The notes under the pieces: generated by a model
What the model was told of the DNA's origin: nothing
Seen by the model: only the letters and a program-made list of their open reading frames with translations
Database searches by the model: none
Program-made: the position numbers and the translations under genes
Assembly: GCA_964291315.2 (NCBI GenBank)
Contig: OZ219752.1
Location: forward strand, 192,001-256,000
Source of the DNA: Candidatus Poribacteria bacterium
GTDB lineage: Bacteria > Poribacteria > WGA-4E > WGA-3G
Length of the DNA: 64,000 bases
Reading direction: 5' to 3'
Shown: positions 10,468 to 21,993 of the stretch, one piece after another
Layout: each line of letters opens with the position of its first letter
How positions within the stretch are numbered: the stretch's first letter is position 1

Positions 10468-12168
10468 ATGAAAACCCCTATACTTCTATTGATTTTCTGC
10501 TTCTTTTTAATTCTTGCTGCAATGCCACGTATTCTCGCTTTAGACAAACATTGGTCTAGTGATGAAACGCTTTGGTTAAATAGAAGCAAGACCTTCATGT
10601 TTGCTATCAAGCAAGGTGAGTTTTCGGAAACTATCATAGCATATCATCCGGGTGTGATAACTATGTGGGCCGCCGGGCTTCGTGTCTTTTTTACAGATCT
10701 GGATATCGATGTCAAAAACCTGGCGGTAGCCCGATGGATCCTTGGTATAATTGTTTCAATAGGAATTACCGTTTCCTTCCTTTTATTACACAGACTCTTT
10801 GGGGTATGGATATCTCTTGTAGGTGTAATCGGTTTAGCGTTTTCTCCAATGTTTATAGCACAGACACGCCGTGTTCACACCGACGCACTTGCCGCCACTT
10901 TCATCCTACTGACAGTGCTGCTGTTCTTATGTTATTGCCAAAAACGGCAACACCACCGCTATCTTACCTTCTCAGGTATTACTTTTGGCCTTGCACTCCT
11001 GAGCAAAAGTTACTCTCTTATATTACTGCCGTGGATACCGTTTTGTCTTTTCCTCTTTCGGAACTCCAGTGAAAATACAGCATGGTTGAAACGAAGCACT
11101 ACTACAACTCTTTACTTTTTGAATTGCAGCTTGCTAACTGTGATTATCGGGTGGCCGGTTTTCTGGACACTCCCCTTTGGTATCCTTGGCGGATGCTTGT
11201 TGGGAACAACATTTGTATTAATCGGAGAACTAAAAAAGAAAACGCCTTCCTTGAGTAGCTTGGTCTTTTGGACATCAATCCTAGTGCTAGGAGCCACTTG
11301 TATACGTACACTCCAAATCATCCCGGTTGTCCTAGAAAAGGTTAACTGGGCCATCACAACACCTCATAATGTTGCTCATTTGTTTTTAGGAAAAGTAATT
11401 AACGATCCCGGATGGCTTTTCTACCTGTTTGCTCTTACCATTAAAAGCACCCCATTAATGCTGCCTTTAGCAATTTGCGGGGTGCTCTTATCGTGGAAAC
11501 GCCGAAAATGTTGTAAAGCGGGGTTCCACCAATTCCAGGTAGTAATCGCTCTGGGTACCGCGGTTACTCTATTCATTGTGTGCCTATCAGCAACAAGCAA
11601 AAAGTTCCCTCGGTATCTTCTACCTGTCTTTGTCATGCTAGAAGTGATCGCAGCAGTTGGGTTTGTGGAGCTTTTCCTATGGAGCTACTCATGGCTGAAC
11701 ATACGTTCCCGACAACTTGCAAGGGATCTGAAAAAGGCGTTCATCGTTATAACATGTCTCGGAGGCCTCCTCATTGAAGTCATCCCCGTTCTGGCACTGC
11801 ATCCCTATTATGGCACCTATTACAATCCATGCTGGAAGGTGACAGACATCACAAAAATTATCACTGTTGGAGATGCATCGGGACTAGATATGGCGGCGAA
11901 ATATCTGAATGAAAAAGACAACCCGACACAGATGAACATACAAGCTTCGTTCATTGCCGCTGAATTCTTGAGATATTATTTTCTCGGGAACATACACTTT
12001 TCAAAACCGATTTCAGACACACATATTCAGTATGAAGTTGTCTATATCCGCGATTCGCAAATTGGGTGGCCCCCAAAACAAGGCATCTATAATGGTCAAT
12101 TAGAACACGTTATTAACCTTAATGGAATTGAACTTGTCTGGATTTATCGACTCGAAAAACCTGATTAA
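10468..12168 (+). CDS. GT-C fold (ArnT/PMT-like, GT39/83) membrane glycosyltransferase
   Basis: N-terminal SSDE acidic motif, HPG, ALLSK, many TM helices and RYLLP. Confidence 0.8.
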   Translation: MKTPILLLIFCFFLILAAMPRILALDKHWSSDETLWLNRSKTFMFAIKQGEFSETIIAYHPGVITMWAAGLRVFFTDLDIDVKNLAVARWILGIIVSIGITVSFLLLHRLFGVWISLVGVIGLAFSPMFIAQTRRVHTDALAATFILLTVLLFLCYCQKRQHHRYLTFSGITFGLALLSKSYSLILLPWIPFCLFLFRNSSENTAWLKRSTTTTLYFLNCSLLTVIIGWPVFWTLPFGILGGCLLGTTFVLIGELKKKTPSLSSLVFWTSILVLGATCIRTLQIIPVVLEKVNWAITTPHNVAHLFLGKVINDPGWLFYLFALTIKSTPLMLPLAICGVLLSWKRRKCCKAGFHQFQVVIALGTAVTLFIVCLSATSKKFPRYLLPVFVMLEVIAAVGFVELFLWSYSWLNIRSRQLARDLKKAFIVITCLGGLLIEVIPVLALHPYYGTYYNPCWKVTDITKIITVGDASGLDMAAKYLNEKDNPTQMNIQASFIAAEFLRYYFLGNIHFSKPISDTHIQYEVVYIRDSQIGWPPKQGIYNGQLEHVINLNGIELVWIYRLEKPD

Positions 12169-12306
12169 CACACTTCAAGTTTTTTGACAAATCTCGTTAT
12201 TTCTTCTCCATTCACTGGCGTTGATCAGATATGCACATGCAAGGCATGTTCCGGAGCACAGCCTAAAATCTACACGGGCATGTGCCAGTCTCAGAAAGGA
12301 AATACA

Positions 12307-13119
12307 ATGCACTTGATAAAGACTATGCTCTGTCTCGCGTTACTCATCACTAGCACCTCTTTCAGCGAAACGCAACAAGTTTCTCCGCCATTCTATACGC
12401 GTGCTCACCTAGTCAGCACGACACTTTGGGCAGAGCACATAGAGGTATTTAAGAAACATCTCCTTAATGACCCAGAAACTGCACACACCGAACTTCAGAA
12501 CGTCGCAAAAAAATTGTTCAACCGACATATCCTAGCTGAAGAATGGGTCCCCCTCTATTTCCGAATCAGTCTAAACGGAACTGAATATATTTCGGATGTT
12601 CGGCGTCTGTCTGAATTGGAAATAAGGATGTTAACTGCTATTGACGCTCAAAAGTACTTTGAACACATCCGCCAACATCAAGCCGTACTTACAGATTCAG
12701 TGGATGCCTCCAAAAACGAAAATCACCTGCCAGATACTGCCCAAGAGATGAAAAAGAAAAAGAATTTGCGCGCCGAGAAAATCAGTGAATACGCCGCATC
12801 TTATCAGAAACTTCTCCCCGAGCGGCCGGAAGCAGCGCACGCTGAACTTGTAAAATACGCCGATGTCACGTTCGGCGAACATGCCCTCAGGGAAAAATGG
12901 ATAGCACTCTATTTCAGATTATCGCGCGAGAAGGAAGCAACCGTCTTTGAGTTCATTCAGATTCTTGCATTGGCACAAAACATGCTAAAAGACAACCTCC
13001 CGAAAATCGCAGCGGAGGCGATTCTACTGCTTGATTCGACACTGAGAGCAATACCCGAACAGCACCGCGAAAATGCGCAGAAACTCCCGTTCAAGTTTTC
13101 TCTAGGGGCCCTCAAATAG
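12307..13119 (+). CDS. Secreted hypothetical protein with two-fold internal helical repeat
   Basis: AAGGA RBS, signal peptide; DPETAHTEL...EEWVPLYFRIS and RPEAAHAEL...EKWIALYFRLS. Confidence 0.75.
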   Translation: MHLIKTMLCLALLITSTSFSETQQVSPPFYTRAHLVSTTLWAEHIEVFKKHLLNDPETAHTELQNVAKKLFNRHILAEEWVPLYFRISLNGTEYISDVRRLSELEIRMLTAIDAQKYFEHIRQHQAVLTDSVDASKNENHLPDTAQEMKKKKNLRAEKISEYAASYQKLLPERPEAAHAELVKYADVTFGEHALREKWIALYFRLSREKEATVFEFIQILALAQNMLKDNLPKIAAEAILLLDSTLRAIPEQHRENAQKLPFKFSLGALK

Positions 13120-13348
13120 TACTAATGACAGACATTGCTCCACGAAAGGCTTATCTGTTTTTAACTATGAAGAGGATCAAGGGATTAGGGACATACTTCA
13201 ATACCGGCTTTTTCGGCAGAATATGCCGTTACTCTACTCAATTTGCATACGCTCTATTTTTAAGGTTTGGACGTTTAGCCAAAATAGTGTATAATCTATG
13301 ACAATCTTAAGGTTTAAAAACCTTTTTTCAAAAATGGAGGATACATTC

Positions 13349-13984
13349 ATGAAACTGAGATGTGAATTGAAAGGGATAACATGCCCGCGATATGAGCATC
13401 ACGGAATATTTCACCCAGATGATCTGACAGTGAGAAAATTGTTGCCAGATCTGAACAGATGTGCGGATTGCATGGCAAATGCTTATCCAAAACGCCTTGA
13501 TGTCCGCGACGACTTGCTGCAAGTCGCCTGTCTTGTGTTGCTCGAAAAAGGGCCCCATTTCAATCCGGAACACGCCAGCGGTGCAAACTTCGGAACATTC
13601 ATCCGACCACGAATCTGTGGAGCTTTGATGGATGCCAAAAGTAAAGAAGTCAGACACGGCGCGCGGGAGCTACCGTATAGCAGTAAGGTAGGAGACGACC
13701 CTGAAGCCGGCCAAACCGCTTCTCAATTGTGGGAACCACTAGATCCACACGCTGAGTTCGAAGATGAACTCATCGATAATTTGACGTTTGTATCCGCGCT
13801 GCCAGTTCTCTTAAAAACGCTGACACCACGCCAACGAGAAGTTTATACCTTCCTCTGCGAAAATCAAAAAAATTGTGAAATCGCTAATAAACTAGGTATC
13901 TCTGAAGCCCGCGTCAGCCTACTCGTCAAAGAGACAAGACGAAAAATTGTAACCACGGCACACAAGCTCGGTTTAGTCCAATAA
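13349..13984 (+). CDS. Divergent sigma-70 family sigma factor
   Basis: Region 2-like DDLLQVACLVLLE...FNPEH...FGTFIRPRI; region 4 LTPRQREV...EIANKLGISEARVS; GGAGG RBS. Confidence 0.8.
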   Translation: MKLRCELKGITCPRYEHHGIFHPDDLTVRKLLPDLNRCADCMANAYPKRLDVRDDLLQVACLVLLEKGPHFNPEHASGANFGTFIRPRICGALMDAKSKEVRHGARELPYSSKVGDDPEAGQTASQLWEPLDPHAEFEDELIDNLTFVSALPVLLKTLTPRQREVYTFLCENQKNCEIANKLGISEARVSLLVKETRRKIVTTAHKLGLVQ

Positions 13985-14355
13985 TCTAAAATTTTTAGGA
14001 ATATGACTTTGCGAAATACTAATCTTCAATATTGAGGCGATTGTGGTTAGCCTTGCAACCGGATATGAAAACACAATCGTCTCTCTGCTCTTTAATCAAA
14101 TCTCGCCCTTTTTCAGAATAGCTGCCCCCATAGCTAACTCCCAGAATTTTGCTAACTCATCAATGATCAGAAACCAATAACCGATTCAAATTGACCTAAC
14201 TCATAAAGTTTGCTATAATGCACAGGCGCGAGGTCATTTGTGGTGAATTACCCAAATCTGACAAAATCTTAAAACCAAACAGCTCTGTGTATAGGTGTTC
14301 TCTTATGGCAAAACGTTGATTAGGACATCCGATCGTCCTACTATAAGGAGATACT

Positions 14356-15636
14356 ATGGCAAACACCCCGAACATCCTTCTCATTCTTGCTGATGACCAC
14401 GGTTACGGTGATATTTCAGCACACAACGGGCCGTCAATCCAGACCCCAAACATTGACCGAATTGCTGCAGGCGGAACACGGTTTACCCAATTTTACGCGA
14501 ACTCCTCTGTCTGTTCTCCGAGTAGAGCTGCCCTCATGACTGGGTGCTATCCTGATCGCGTTGGTGTACCGGGGGTGATCCGTACCCATGCTGAAAACAG
14601 TTGGGGCTATTTTCGACAGGATGCGATTACACTCCCCTCAGCATTGAAGCAAAAGGCCTATCGTACGGCACTCATCGGCAAGTGGCATCTCGGACTTGAA
14701 CCAGAGAACCACCCTTGCAAACGAGGTTTCGACCATTTCCGTGGCTTTCTCGGTGATATGATGGACGACTATTACACACATCTTCGGCACGATATAAACT
14801 ACATGCGACACGGATTTGAAACGGTTGATCCAAGAGGTCACGCCACAGACATTTTCACAGAATGGAGCATGGAGTTCATTCGATCACAAGCCCAGTCTGC
14901 CGATCCTTTTTTCCTCTATCTCGCCTATAATGCCCCACACACACCGATACAGCCGCCAGACGATTGGGTGAGACGGGTTCGTGAACGCGAACCGGACATT
15001 TCGCCGCAACGTGCTAAATACATTGCCCTTGTTGAACACATGGATGCCGGCATAGGACAGTTGCTTGATACACTTATTGAAACCGACCAGTTCGCTAATA
15101 CACTTGTTATCTATACCTCTGACAACGGCGGGGATATGAGGGTCGGGGCACACAACGGTCCATTGCGCGGGCAGAAGGGTGATATGTACGAGGGCGGGAT
15201 CCAAGTTCCAACTTGTGCAATGTGGCCAGGACATATTCCTGAAGGGCATATCACCGATCAAGTCTCCGTACTCATGGACATCTTCCCCACGGTATGTGAG
15301 GTAGTAGGGATACCACTCACATATCAAATTGATGGACGTTCAATCTGGCAAACACTTCAAGGGGAACAGCAGGATTTGTCAGAGCGTGCCCTTTACTGGT
15401 TGCGAAGGGAGGGCGGAGGACAGTTTCTCGGTCAAGCCCAACATGCTGTCCGACAGGGTGACATCAAGTTGCTCCATAATAGACCTTTCGAACAGTTGGA
15501 ACTCTACGATTTATCTAGTGATCCCCTGGAAACGACAAACCTTGTCGAAACACGAGAACAACTCTTCCGGGAAATGAGCCGTCTGTTTCAATCAGAAACG
15601 CAGAAAGCAGGGAATGTCCCGTGGCAGCGGGCGTAA
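14356..15636 (+). CDS. Sulfatase (Cys-type, formylglycine-dependent)
   Basis: PNILLILADD, CSPSRAALMTG, GKWHLG, SDNG and YEGG. Confidence 0.95.
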   Translation: MANTPNILLILADDHGYGDISAHNGPSIQTPNIDRIAAGGTRFTQFYANSSVCSPSRAALMTGCYPDRVGVPGVIRTHAENSWGYFRQDAITLPSALKQKAYRTALIGKWHLGLEPENHPCKRGFDHFRGFLGDMMDDYYTHLRHDINYMRHGFETVDPRGHATDIFTEWSMEFIRSQAQSADPFFLYLAYNAPHTPIQPPDDWVRRVREREPDISPQRAKYIALVEHMDAGIGQLLDTLIETDQFANTLVIYTSDNGGDMRVGAHNGPLRGQKGDMYEGGIQVPTCAMWPGHIPEGHITDQVSVLMDIFPTVCEVVGIPLTYQIDGRSIWQTLQGEQQDLSERALYWLRREGGGQFLGQAQHAVRQGDIKLLHNRPFEQLELYDLSSDPLETTNLVETREQLFREMSRLFQSETQKAGNVPWQRA

Positions 15637-15752
15637 AATTCTACAATATCTCGAAGAAATGGACTCAATATTCTTTACAAGCCATGATACACGTGTCCGT
15701 TAACAGAGGTTCGAGAGGTCCGAACTTTCCGCTGTAACCTGCCAGATGCCTC

Positions 15753-17108
15753 ATGCACAACAATGTCTCTCCAACTGAGGCCTCCATTTTCAAAAATGTC
15801 CTTATTGTTGCGCCGCTCAGCTTAATGGGACGAGCTGGCACATTTTTCATCTATGTTGTTCTGGCTAACTGGTTTGGCGATACAGCAGAGATGGATTTCA
15901 TCTATTACTATTGGAGTATTGCTGTATTCCTGATTGAGTTGCTCAGTGCAGCTTCTGCGTATTCTGTCCTTGTTCCATTATTAGCTGGAGCCCGCGCAAA
16001 AGGTGAGGCTGAAGCGCAACGTTGCGTACAATCCATATTTTCTCGCTATATCACTGTAATGCCCGGACTCTGTTGCGTTTTGGTCGGCATTTCATGGACG
16101 GTGTCTCAACTCTTTTTTCCGAAAGTTGGACTCACACTTTTCAGCACTGTTGGTATCGTTTGCGGTTTTCTTATCTTTGCGATAGTTTCTGCGGTCCGCT
16201 GGATGCTCAAGGCTGTTTTAGATACCTACCAAACCTTTCAACCTCCGGTTATTGCCCAGGGACTCCGGGCTGTTTTTGTGATTGGTGTTATCTATCTGCT
16301 CAAGTCTTCTTTGACATGGCTTAGCATACCGATCGCGCTGATCCTTGGTGAGATCTTCCAAATCCTTATTTTGTTCCCCCGGTGCTGCGCTGTTTTAAAT
16401 CTACGTGCCCAGGACCTAAACATCGATTGGCAAGAGACACAATATACCCAATCGTTCTTACGCCAGTGTCTACTTATGATGGGTGCAGCGATCGCAGACG
16501 GGTTAAACCCTGTCGTTGACAGGGGAATGGGAAGCACATTAGGGGCGCGCTCGGTATCGCAACTCGATTACGCTCTCCGGTTGTGTGCAATTCCTGAAAC
16601 GCTCACTGGTGTCACCTTACCGATTTTGCTGTCGCACTGGGCGAAAATTTCGGCATCGGAATCTCACTCGGAAGATGCGCAGCTGCGGGATTCAAATCGC
16701 CCCGTATCTGAGGTAAAGCAGAGCGTCTGGCGCGGTGTTCTGGCCTTGTTAGTGTTGATGGCCCCATTTCTTGTGCTGTTTTATCTGTTTCGATTAAATA
16801 TTGTTGCTTTGTTGTATGGGCGCGGAAAATTATCGGAGACCGGACAGGCGCATATCGCCTCATTACTCGGTATCTATCTCATCGGGATGCTCCCGCGTTT
16901 AATCAGTAGATTGCTAATCCGAGCGCAGCTGTCATGTCAAGCACACCGAACGGTTCTCACCGCAACACTTATCAGGCTTATCTTGAACCCGTTTCTCAAT
17001 TGGGTTTTCATGCAATATTGGGGATTAGAGGGCATTGCTTGGTCAACTGCTTTGTTGTCTTACCCAATTCTTGTGTACATTGCAATTACATTTTGGTGCA
17101 AGAGATAA
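15753..17108 (+). CDS. MurJ/MviN-like MOP-superfamily flippase
   Basis: About 12 TM helices; VDRGMGSTLG..SVSQLDYA.RL..IP motif. Confidence 0.75.
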   Translation: MHNNVSPTEASIFKNVLIVAPLSLMGRAGTFFIYVVLANWFGDTAEMDFIYYYWSIAVFLIELLSAASAYSVLVPLLAGARAKGEAEAQRCVQSIFSRYITVMPGLCCVLVGISWTVSQLFFPKVGLTLFSTVGIVCGFLIFAIVSAVRWMLKAVLDTYQTFQPPVIAQGLRAVFVIGVIYLLKSSLTWLSIPIALILGEIFQILILFPRCCAVLNLRAQDLNIDWQETQYTQSFLRQCLLMMGAAIADGLNPVVDRGMGSTLGARSVSQLDYALRLCAIPETLTGVTLPILLSHWAKISASESHSEDAQLRDSNRPVSEVKQSVWRGVLALLVLMAPFLVLFYLFRLNIVALLYGRGKLSETGQAHIASLLGIYLIGMLPRLISRLLIRAQLSCQAHRTVLTATLIRLILNPFLNWVFMQYWGLEGIAWSTALLSYPILVYIAITFWCKR

Positions 17109-17144
17109 ACAAGCGAGCGGGATAAATCTTGTTTTTGACTAGAA

Positions 17145-17861
17145 TTACACCTCGACGAAACGCTCAGGATAGTTTGAGGTGATGCCTTGTATCCCAAAAG
17201 CCTCCATTTCACGCATACGGATGACCTCATCGACTGTCCAACACCACAAGGCGATCCCGCGGCGGCGGACTTCATAAGCGAACTCTGCCGTGATTAGGTG
17301 ATGATTGACGTTCAAAAAACTGCTGCCGAGTTCAGCTAACTGTTGACACAGCTGCTCAGGAAGGGCATGATTGTTATGACTTCCGATGAGCCAACCCGTT
17401 GGAATACTTGGCTCTAATGCGCGGACAGCCTGTAAAACGGCAGTGTGAAAGGAGATAATAACGGTTAGGTTTAAAGATTGGGTCTCATGTATCTTTGCTA
17501 CCACTGCTTCGGCTATCAGAGGATCCTTGATCTCCAAAACGGCCAGGGTTTCTTCGGCAATACATGCCAATGCCTCCGCGAGTGTCGGGACTGGTTCGCC
17601 GGCAAATTCGGGAGCAAACCAGCTGCCAGCATCCGCTTGTTTGATTGTTTCTAAGGGGGTTTGGTTAATGGCCCCGCCGTGGTCAGTTGTTCGATCCAGA
17701 GACGAGTCGTGTATGACCACAATTTCCCCATCGGCGCTCCCGTGGAGGTCGAGCTCAACGGCATCCACGCCAATTTCAATTGCTTTCTTGAAGGCTGCGA
17801 GCGTATTTTCTGGGGCGCTGCCTGATGCCCCGCGATGTGCGATCCGGATCCATGAACCCAC
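17145..17861 (-). CDS. Glycerophosphodiester phosphodiesterase
   Basis: IAHRGASG.APENTL, ELDLH, VIHD, WTVD and ITSNYP. Confidence 0.95.
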   Translation of the reverse strand: MGSWIRIAHRGASGSAPENTLAAFKKAIEIGVDAVELDLHGSADGEIVVIHDSSLDRTTDHGGAINQTPLETIKQADAGSWFAPEFAGEPVPTLAEALACIAEETLAVLEIKDPLIAEAVVAKIHETQSLNLTVIISFHTAVLQAVRALEPSIPTGWLIGSHNNHALPEQLCQQLAELGSSFLNVNHHLITAEFAYEVRRRGIALWCWTVDEVIRMREMEAFGIQGITSNYPERFVEV

Positions 17862-17886
17862 GATGCTTGCCTCCCGGAGTGTTCTG

Positions 17887-19362
17887 CTACTGGGTGCCGC
17901 CTTGCTTAATTTTCTTTAAAAGGGTCGTTCGACTCATGCCGAGCAAGGTGGCAGTCTTGCTATGATTGCCTGAGAACTCCGCTAATACCAATTCGATGAG
18001 TGCTTTATCCAATGTAGCGACGACTTCCTCATAAAGCCCGGATTTTTCTGCAGCGATGGCCTCTTTCGCGACATCGTGCAAAACAGATTTAAAAGAGGCG
18101 ACGAGTTGGGTTGGTTCCGTAGGATCTACAAGGGGGCGTGTACGAATTTCTGTGGGCAGATCGTCTGGCAGAATCACGTCTGATCGGCAAAGTGCTGCTG
18201 CACCCCTGAGACAATTCTCTAATTCCCGAACGTTCCCTGGCCAGGCGTAATCTTGTAGCAATTTCATTCCGTCTTCAGAGATACCGTGAATTGGTTTAGC
18301 AAGTTCCTCTTGGACCAGCTGCAGGAAGTGTGTAACGAGTAAAGGGATATCCTCACTGCGTTGCCGCAAGGGCGGGAGATAGAGTGCGACGCGTTTGAAA
18401 CGGTAATAGAGATCTTCACGAAACCGCCCCTGCTTCACCATGTCACCGAGTTCTTGGTTGGTAGCGGCAATGACACGGACATCTACTTTGAGCGTGTGAG
18501 TCCCGCCTAATCGTTCGATTTCTTGTGTTTGCAGTGCGCGGAGGAGTTTGACTTGTAACGCTGGGGTCATATTTCCAACTTCATCAAGGAAAAGGGTTCC
18601 TCCATCAGCTAATTCAAATCGTCCGGGCTTACCTTCTATTTTCGCGCCGGTAAATGCCCCCTCTTCGTAACCAAACAGCTCACTTTCCAATAGTTCGTCG
18701 GGCAGTGCACCACAGTCAACCGGAATAAATGGTTGCGTGTTTCGTTCACTACCGGCGTGGATGGCGCGGGCGACAAGGTCTTTTCCTGTTCCTGTTTCTC
18801 CTTCAATCAGGACGGTTACCGTATTGCTCGCCATAACGCCAATAAGTTTGTAAATTTCGCGCATCTGGCTGCTTTTTCCAATGAGCCGGTGTTCAACGGG
18901 TACCGGAGGCGAGTCATCAGCAGCGGCTGCAGGCAAGGTACTACGGACAGATTGTGTACGGAAGGCCCGCTCCAATACACTTTTAACGATGTCCAAATCA
19001 ATGGGTTTTGGAACGAAATCGAACGCTTGTAGGCGCATTGCTTCTATTGTTGTGGCTACGTCGTCATAGGCGGTGATAATAATTACAATTACCTGCGGGT
19101 GGCGGGCTTTAATTTCGCCTAATGCCTCTAAGCCACTCATTCCTGGTAGTCTCACATCAAGCAAGACGACCTCTGGCTTATCGGATTCGATGCGGATCAA
19201 ACCTTCTTCAGCGCTGTTTGCAATGCTGGGGCGGTAGTCTTCGCCCTCCAGAAATTGCTCAAATGCCCAACATATTTTTTCATCGTCGTCGATGACCAAC
19301 ACATTTTTGACATTCCCACAGCTAGAGTGATGGGACCCTTTGTTCGTCATAGGGAATTCCAC
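17887..19362 (-). CDS. Sigma-54-dependent response regulator (NtrC family)
   Basis: Receiver domain, [21 protein letters not shown] and Fis-type HTH. Confidence 0.95.
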   Translation of the reverse strand: MEFPMTNKGSHHSSCGNVKNVLVIDDDEKICWAFEQFLEGEDYRPSIANSAEEGLIRIESDKPEVVLLDVRLPGMSGLEALGEIKARHPQVIVIIITAYDDVATTIEAMRLQAFDFVPKPIDLDIVKSVLERAFRTQSVRSTLPAAAADDSPPVPVEHRLIGKSSQMREIYKLIGVMASNTVTVLIEGETGTGKDLVARAIHAGSERNTQPFIPVDCGALPDELLESELFGYEEGAFTGAKIEGKPGRFELADGGTLFLDEVGNMTPALQVKLLRALQTQEIERLGGTHTLKVDVRVIAATNQELGDMVKQGRFREDLYYRFKRVALYLPPLRQRSEDIPLLVTHFLQLVQEELAKPIHGISEDGMKLLQDYAWPGNVRELENCLRGAAALCRSDVILPDDLPTEIRTRPLVDPTEPTQLVASFKSVLHDVAKEAIAAEKSGLYEEVVATLDKALIELVLAEFSGNHSKTATLLGMSRTTLLKKIKQGGTQ

Positions 19363-19623
19363 TTTTTGATATGTAGCGTGCTTACTTCTGTTTTTGACAT
19401 CTCACAAAGGAGATTTTCCTCAGACTCTACAAGCGTTTAAATTCTCCATCTGCCCGATGCTTCAACACAGGTAGTATCCGCATTATTGGAATCTCTGTCA
19501 GCTATTATGGATACACTTACTACCTTAAACTAACGCCTCTTCGTTTGTGTAGGGTTGATGCTTACGAATCTTTTTAAAATTCAGGCATCTATTTTGTTGC
19601 TCCATCTATTAAAAGCGCTATAT

Positions 19624-20913
19624 TTAACCTTTTCCTATTTTTCGTTTCCCGCCTTCTATAGATAATAAAAACTTTTTACCGTCCTCGCTCATTTTGGTAT
19701 GACTGGGTGCTGCCTTTTCCTCTTGCAGTTTCTGTCTAAGAACGGGATAAGAATCAACAACGGGAACTTCCCTGAGAGAAGTCAGCTGGGGTGTACGTTT
19801 TTCCGCCTTCTCGATTATTCCGGCGAGTCGTTCGCTTTTTCTTTGCGTTATTGTACCGTCTCGTTCCTTGAAGTCTGGAAGTACACGTTTCGCGAATAGT
19901 TCTAAGGATTCACAAATATCTTCATGGCGGTTTGTCCCTGCTTGTTGAATAAAAACGACCTGATCTACCCCGGCCTCCTCCATCGTTTCAAGGTGTTCAC
20001 GTATTTGATCCGGTGTGCCGATTCCTGCTCTGCTTTCAGGTGGATCCTGCGGTGTCTGTCTATAAAGCTGCGAAATGTTGGTTTCCCCGGGGATCTGTGA
20101 ACCGTTGTGGTAGTAGTGAGCAAGGGCGAATCGAAAGAATCGTAAGCCGTCTAAGCCACGTGCGATCGCGGTTTTTTCATTTTCGTGACATGAAAAACCT
20201 GAGATCATGGCGATATTTGGGTTCACCCGCTGTGTCAATGGGTGGCACTCTTTTTCGAAGATGTCATAATATTCTTCAACCCAAAATTTAGCTTCGTTTG
20301 TATCAACGAAAGCGAAGGTTAAGGCGCCGAGTCCGTATCGAGCGGCCTGGCGCAAACTCTGACGACTCGAACATGCGACCCAAGGAGGTGGATGCGGATT
20401 TTGCAACGGCTTCGGAACCACGTTTCGCGGTGGCATCGAGAAATATTGACCGGCATACCCAGCATAAGGTGTTTGCGTCATCATCTTCGCTGTTTCGCGT
20501 GTGCATTCTATCCACATTTCGCGTTTGTGGTTTGGATCGATATTGAAGCCTCCAAGTTCCATATGTGAAGCAGACTCGCCGGTCCCCCACTCCACGCGCC
20601 CATTTGATACGAGGTCGAGCGTTGCGATCCGTTCGGCAACCCGTGCCGGATGGTTATAGCCTGGTGGCATCAGTACGATTCCATGTCCTAACCGAATCTG
20701 GCGGGTCCGTTGGCTGCAAGCGGCAAGGAACACCTCCGGGGCAGAGGAGTGTGAGTATTCCTCGAGAAAATGGTGCTCAACTTCCCAAATATAGTCGAAT
20801 CCGAGTCTGTCAGCAAGTTCGACTTGTGCTAACGCATCTTGAAAAAGTTTATGCTCTGTCCCGTCGTGCCAGGGGCGGGGGGTCTGATGTTCATAAAACA
20901 GTCCAAATTTCAT
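19624..20913 (-). CDS. LLM-class (luciferase-like) flavin-dependent oxidoreductase
   Basis: MKFGLF, WEVEHHF and VAERIATLDLVSNGRVEWGTG. Confidence 0.92.
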   Translation of the reverse strand: MKFGLFYEHQTPRPWHDGTEHKLFQDALAQVELADRLGFDYIWEVEHHFLEEYSHSSAPEVFLAACSQRTRQIRLGHGIVLMPPGYNHPARVAERIATLDLVSNGRVEWGTGESASHMELGGFNIDPNHKREMWIECTRETAKMMTQTPYAGYAGQYFSMPPRNVVPKPLQNPHPPPWVACSSRQSLRQAARYGLGALTFAFVDTNEAKFWVEEYYDIFEKECHPLTQRVNPNIAMISGFSCHENEKTAIARGLDGLRFFRFALAHYYHNGSQIPGETNISQLYRQTPQDPPESRAGIGTPDQIREHLETMEEAGVDQVVFIQQAGTNRHEDICESLELFAKRVLPDFKERDGTITQRKSERLAGIIEKAEKRTPQLTSLREVPVVDSYPVLRQKLQEEKAAPSHTKMSEDGKKFLLSIEGGKRKIGKG

Positions 20914-21013
20914 AAATTTCTATCGTCTTCTAACTTAGGTTCGTAGTGGGTTAAATCATCGCTTGTCGAAAGCAGAGGCTCATAATATATTGCGCGACTG
21001 CAAGGTTTCTAGT

Positions 21014-21811
21014 TTACGCCTCAAGCGTATCAAGTATTTGCATTTCTGAATCGGTCAACTGCCATGTGAAAACATCTAAATTCTCGCGTAAATGCGGCAC
21101 TGAACCAGATTTCGGAATCGTGATAATGTCCTGCTGGACCAGCCATCTGAGAGCCACCTGTGCAGCTGTTTTTCCATGATTTTTGCCGATGTCGCGCAAT
21201 GTTGCATCGCCAACGAGGTTCCCCACAGCCAGTGGACGGTGCGCCGTCATCACAATATCTTGAGCGTGGCAGTAATCTCGCAATTCCGAACGGTTCGTGT
21301 GAACATTATATTCGACCTGATTTGTGCAAATTGGGATTTTAGAAGCTTTGCACGCCTCCGCAACTTGATCAATGCTAAAATTACTGATACCGATGCTTTT
21401 TACCTTCCCTGCTTCATAGAGCTGGTGGAAAGCTTCAAAAGTTTCAGCAAACGGGGTTGAATCATTGGGATGGTGAATCAACAACAGGTCCACATAGTCC
21501 ATCTGTAGATCGCTCAAACACTCTTCAAATTGGGAGAGGGCGTCAGCATACTTAAGATGCGTTCCCCAAATCTTGGTGGTAAGAAAGAGGTCATCACGGT
21601 TAATACGAACGTCGCGGAGTGCTTTTCCGATCTCACGTTGATTTTGGTACATCCACGCTGTGTCAATGTGAGTGTAGCCGAAGGCGATAGCTTCTTTGAC
21701 AATGCGTTGGCATTCTCTGCCTCTTAATTGCCATGTCCCCAATCCCAATATCGGTATTTCATGACCTGATGCAAGTTTAACGTTGTTCATAATACTAACA
21801 TAATATGCCAT
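21014..21811 (-). CDS. Aldo/keto reductase
   Basis: GLGTW, IDTAWMY, DLLLIH, IGISNF and IPKS; true start may be 21790. Confidence 0.95.
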   Translation of the reverse strand: MAYYVSIMNNVKLASGHEIPILGLGTWQLRGRECQRIVKEAIAFGYTHIDTAWMYQNQREIGKALRDVRINRDDLFLTTKIWGTHLKYADALSQFEECLSDLQMDYVDLLLIHHPNDSTPFAETFEAFHQLYEAGKVKSIGISNFSIDQVAEACKASKIPICTNQVEYNVHTNRSELRDYCHAQDIVMTAHRPLAVGNLVGDATLRDIGKNHGKTAAQVALRWLVQQDIITIPKSGSVPHLRENLDVFTWQLTDSEMQILDTLEA

Positions 21812-21993
21812 TGAGAGAAAAAAGTCAAGTGTGCAGAAAGAATGTCCTGATTTTTTTACTAGGCCTTGACATTTTCCATGAAATATCGTAGAATTCTCCT
21901 AGATATAGGGATATTTGCAATTTTCTGTGAGAAAAGTGAAAAAAAGTTGACAAACGCCTCATGTATAGTATATACTATATAGTAGCATCTTCG

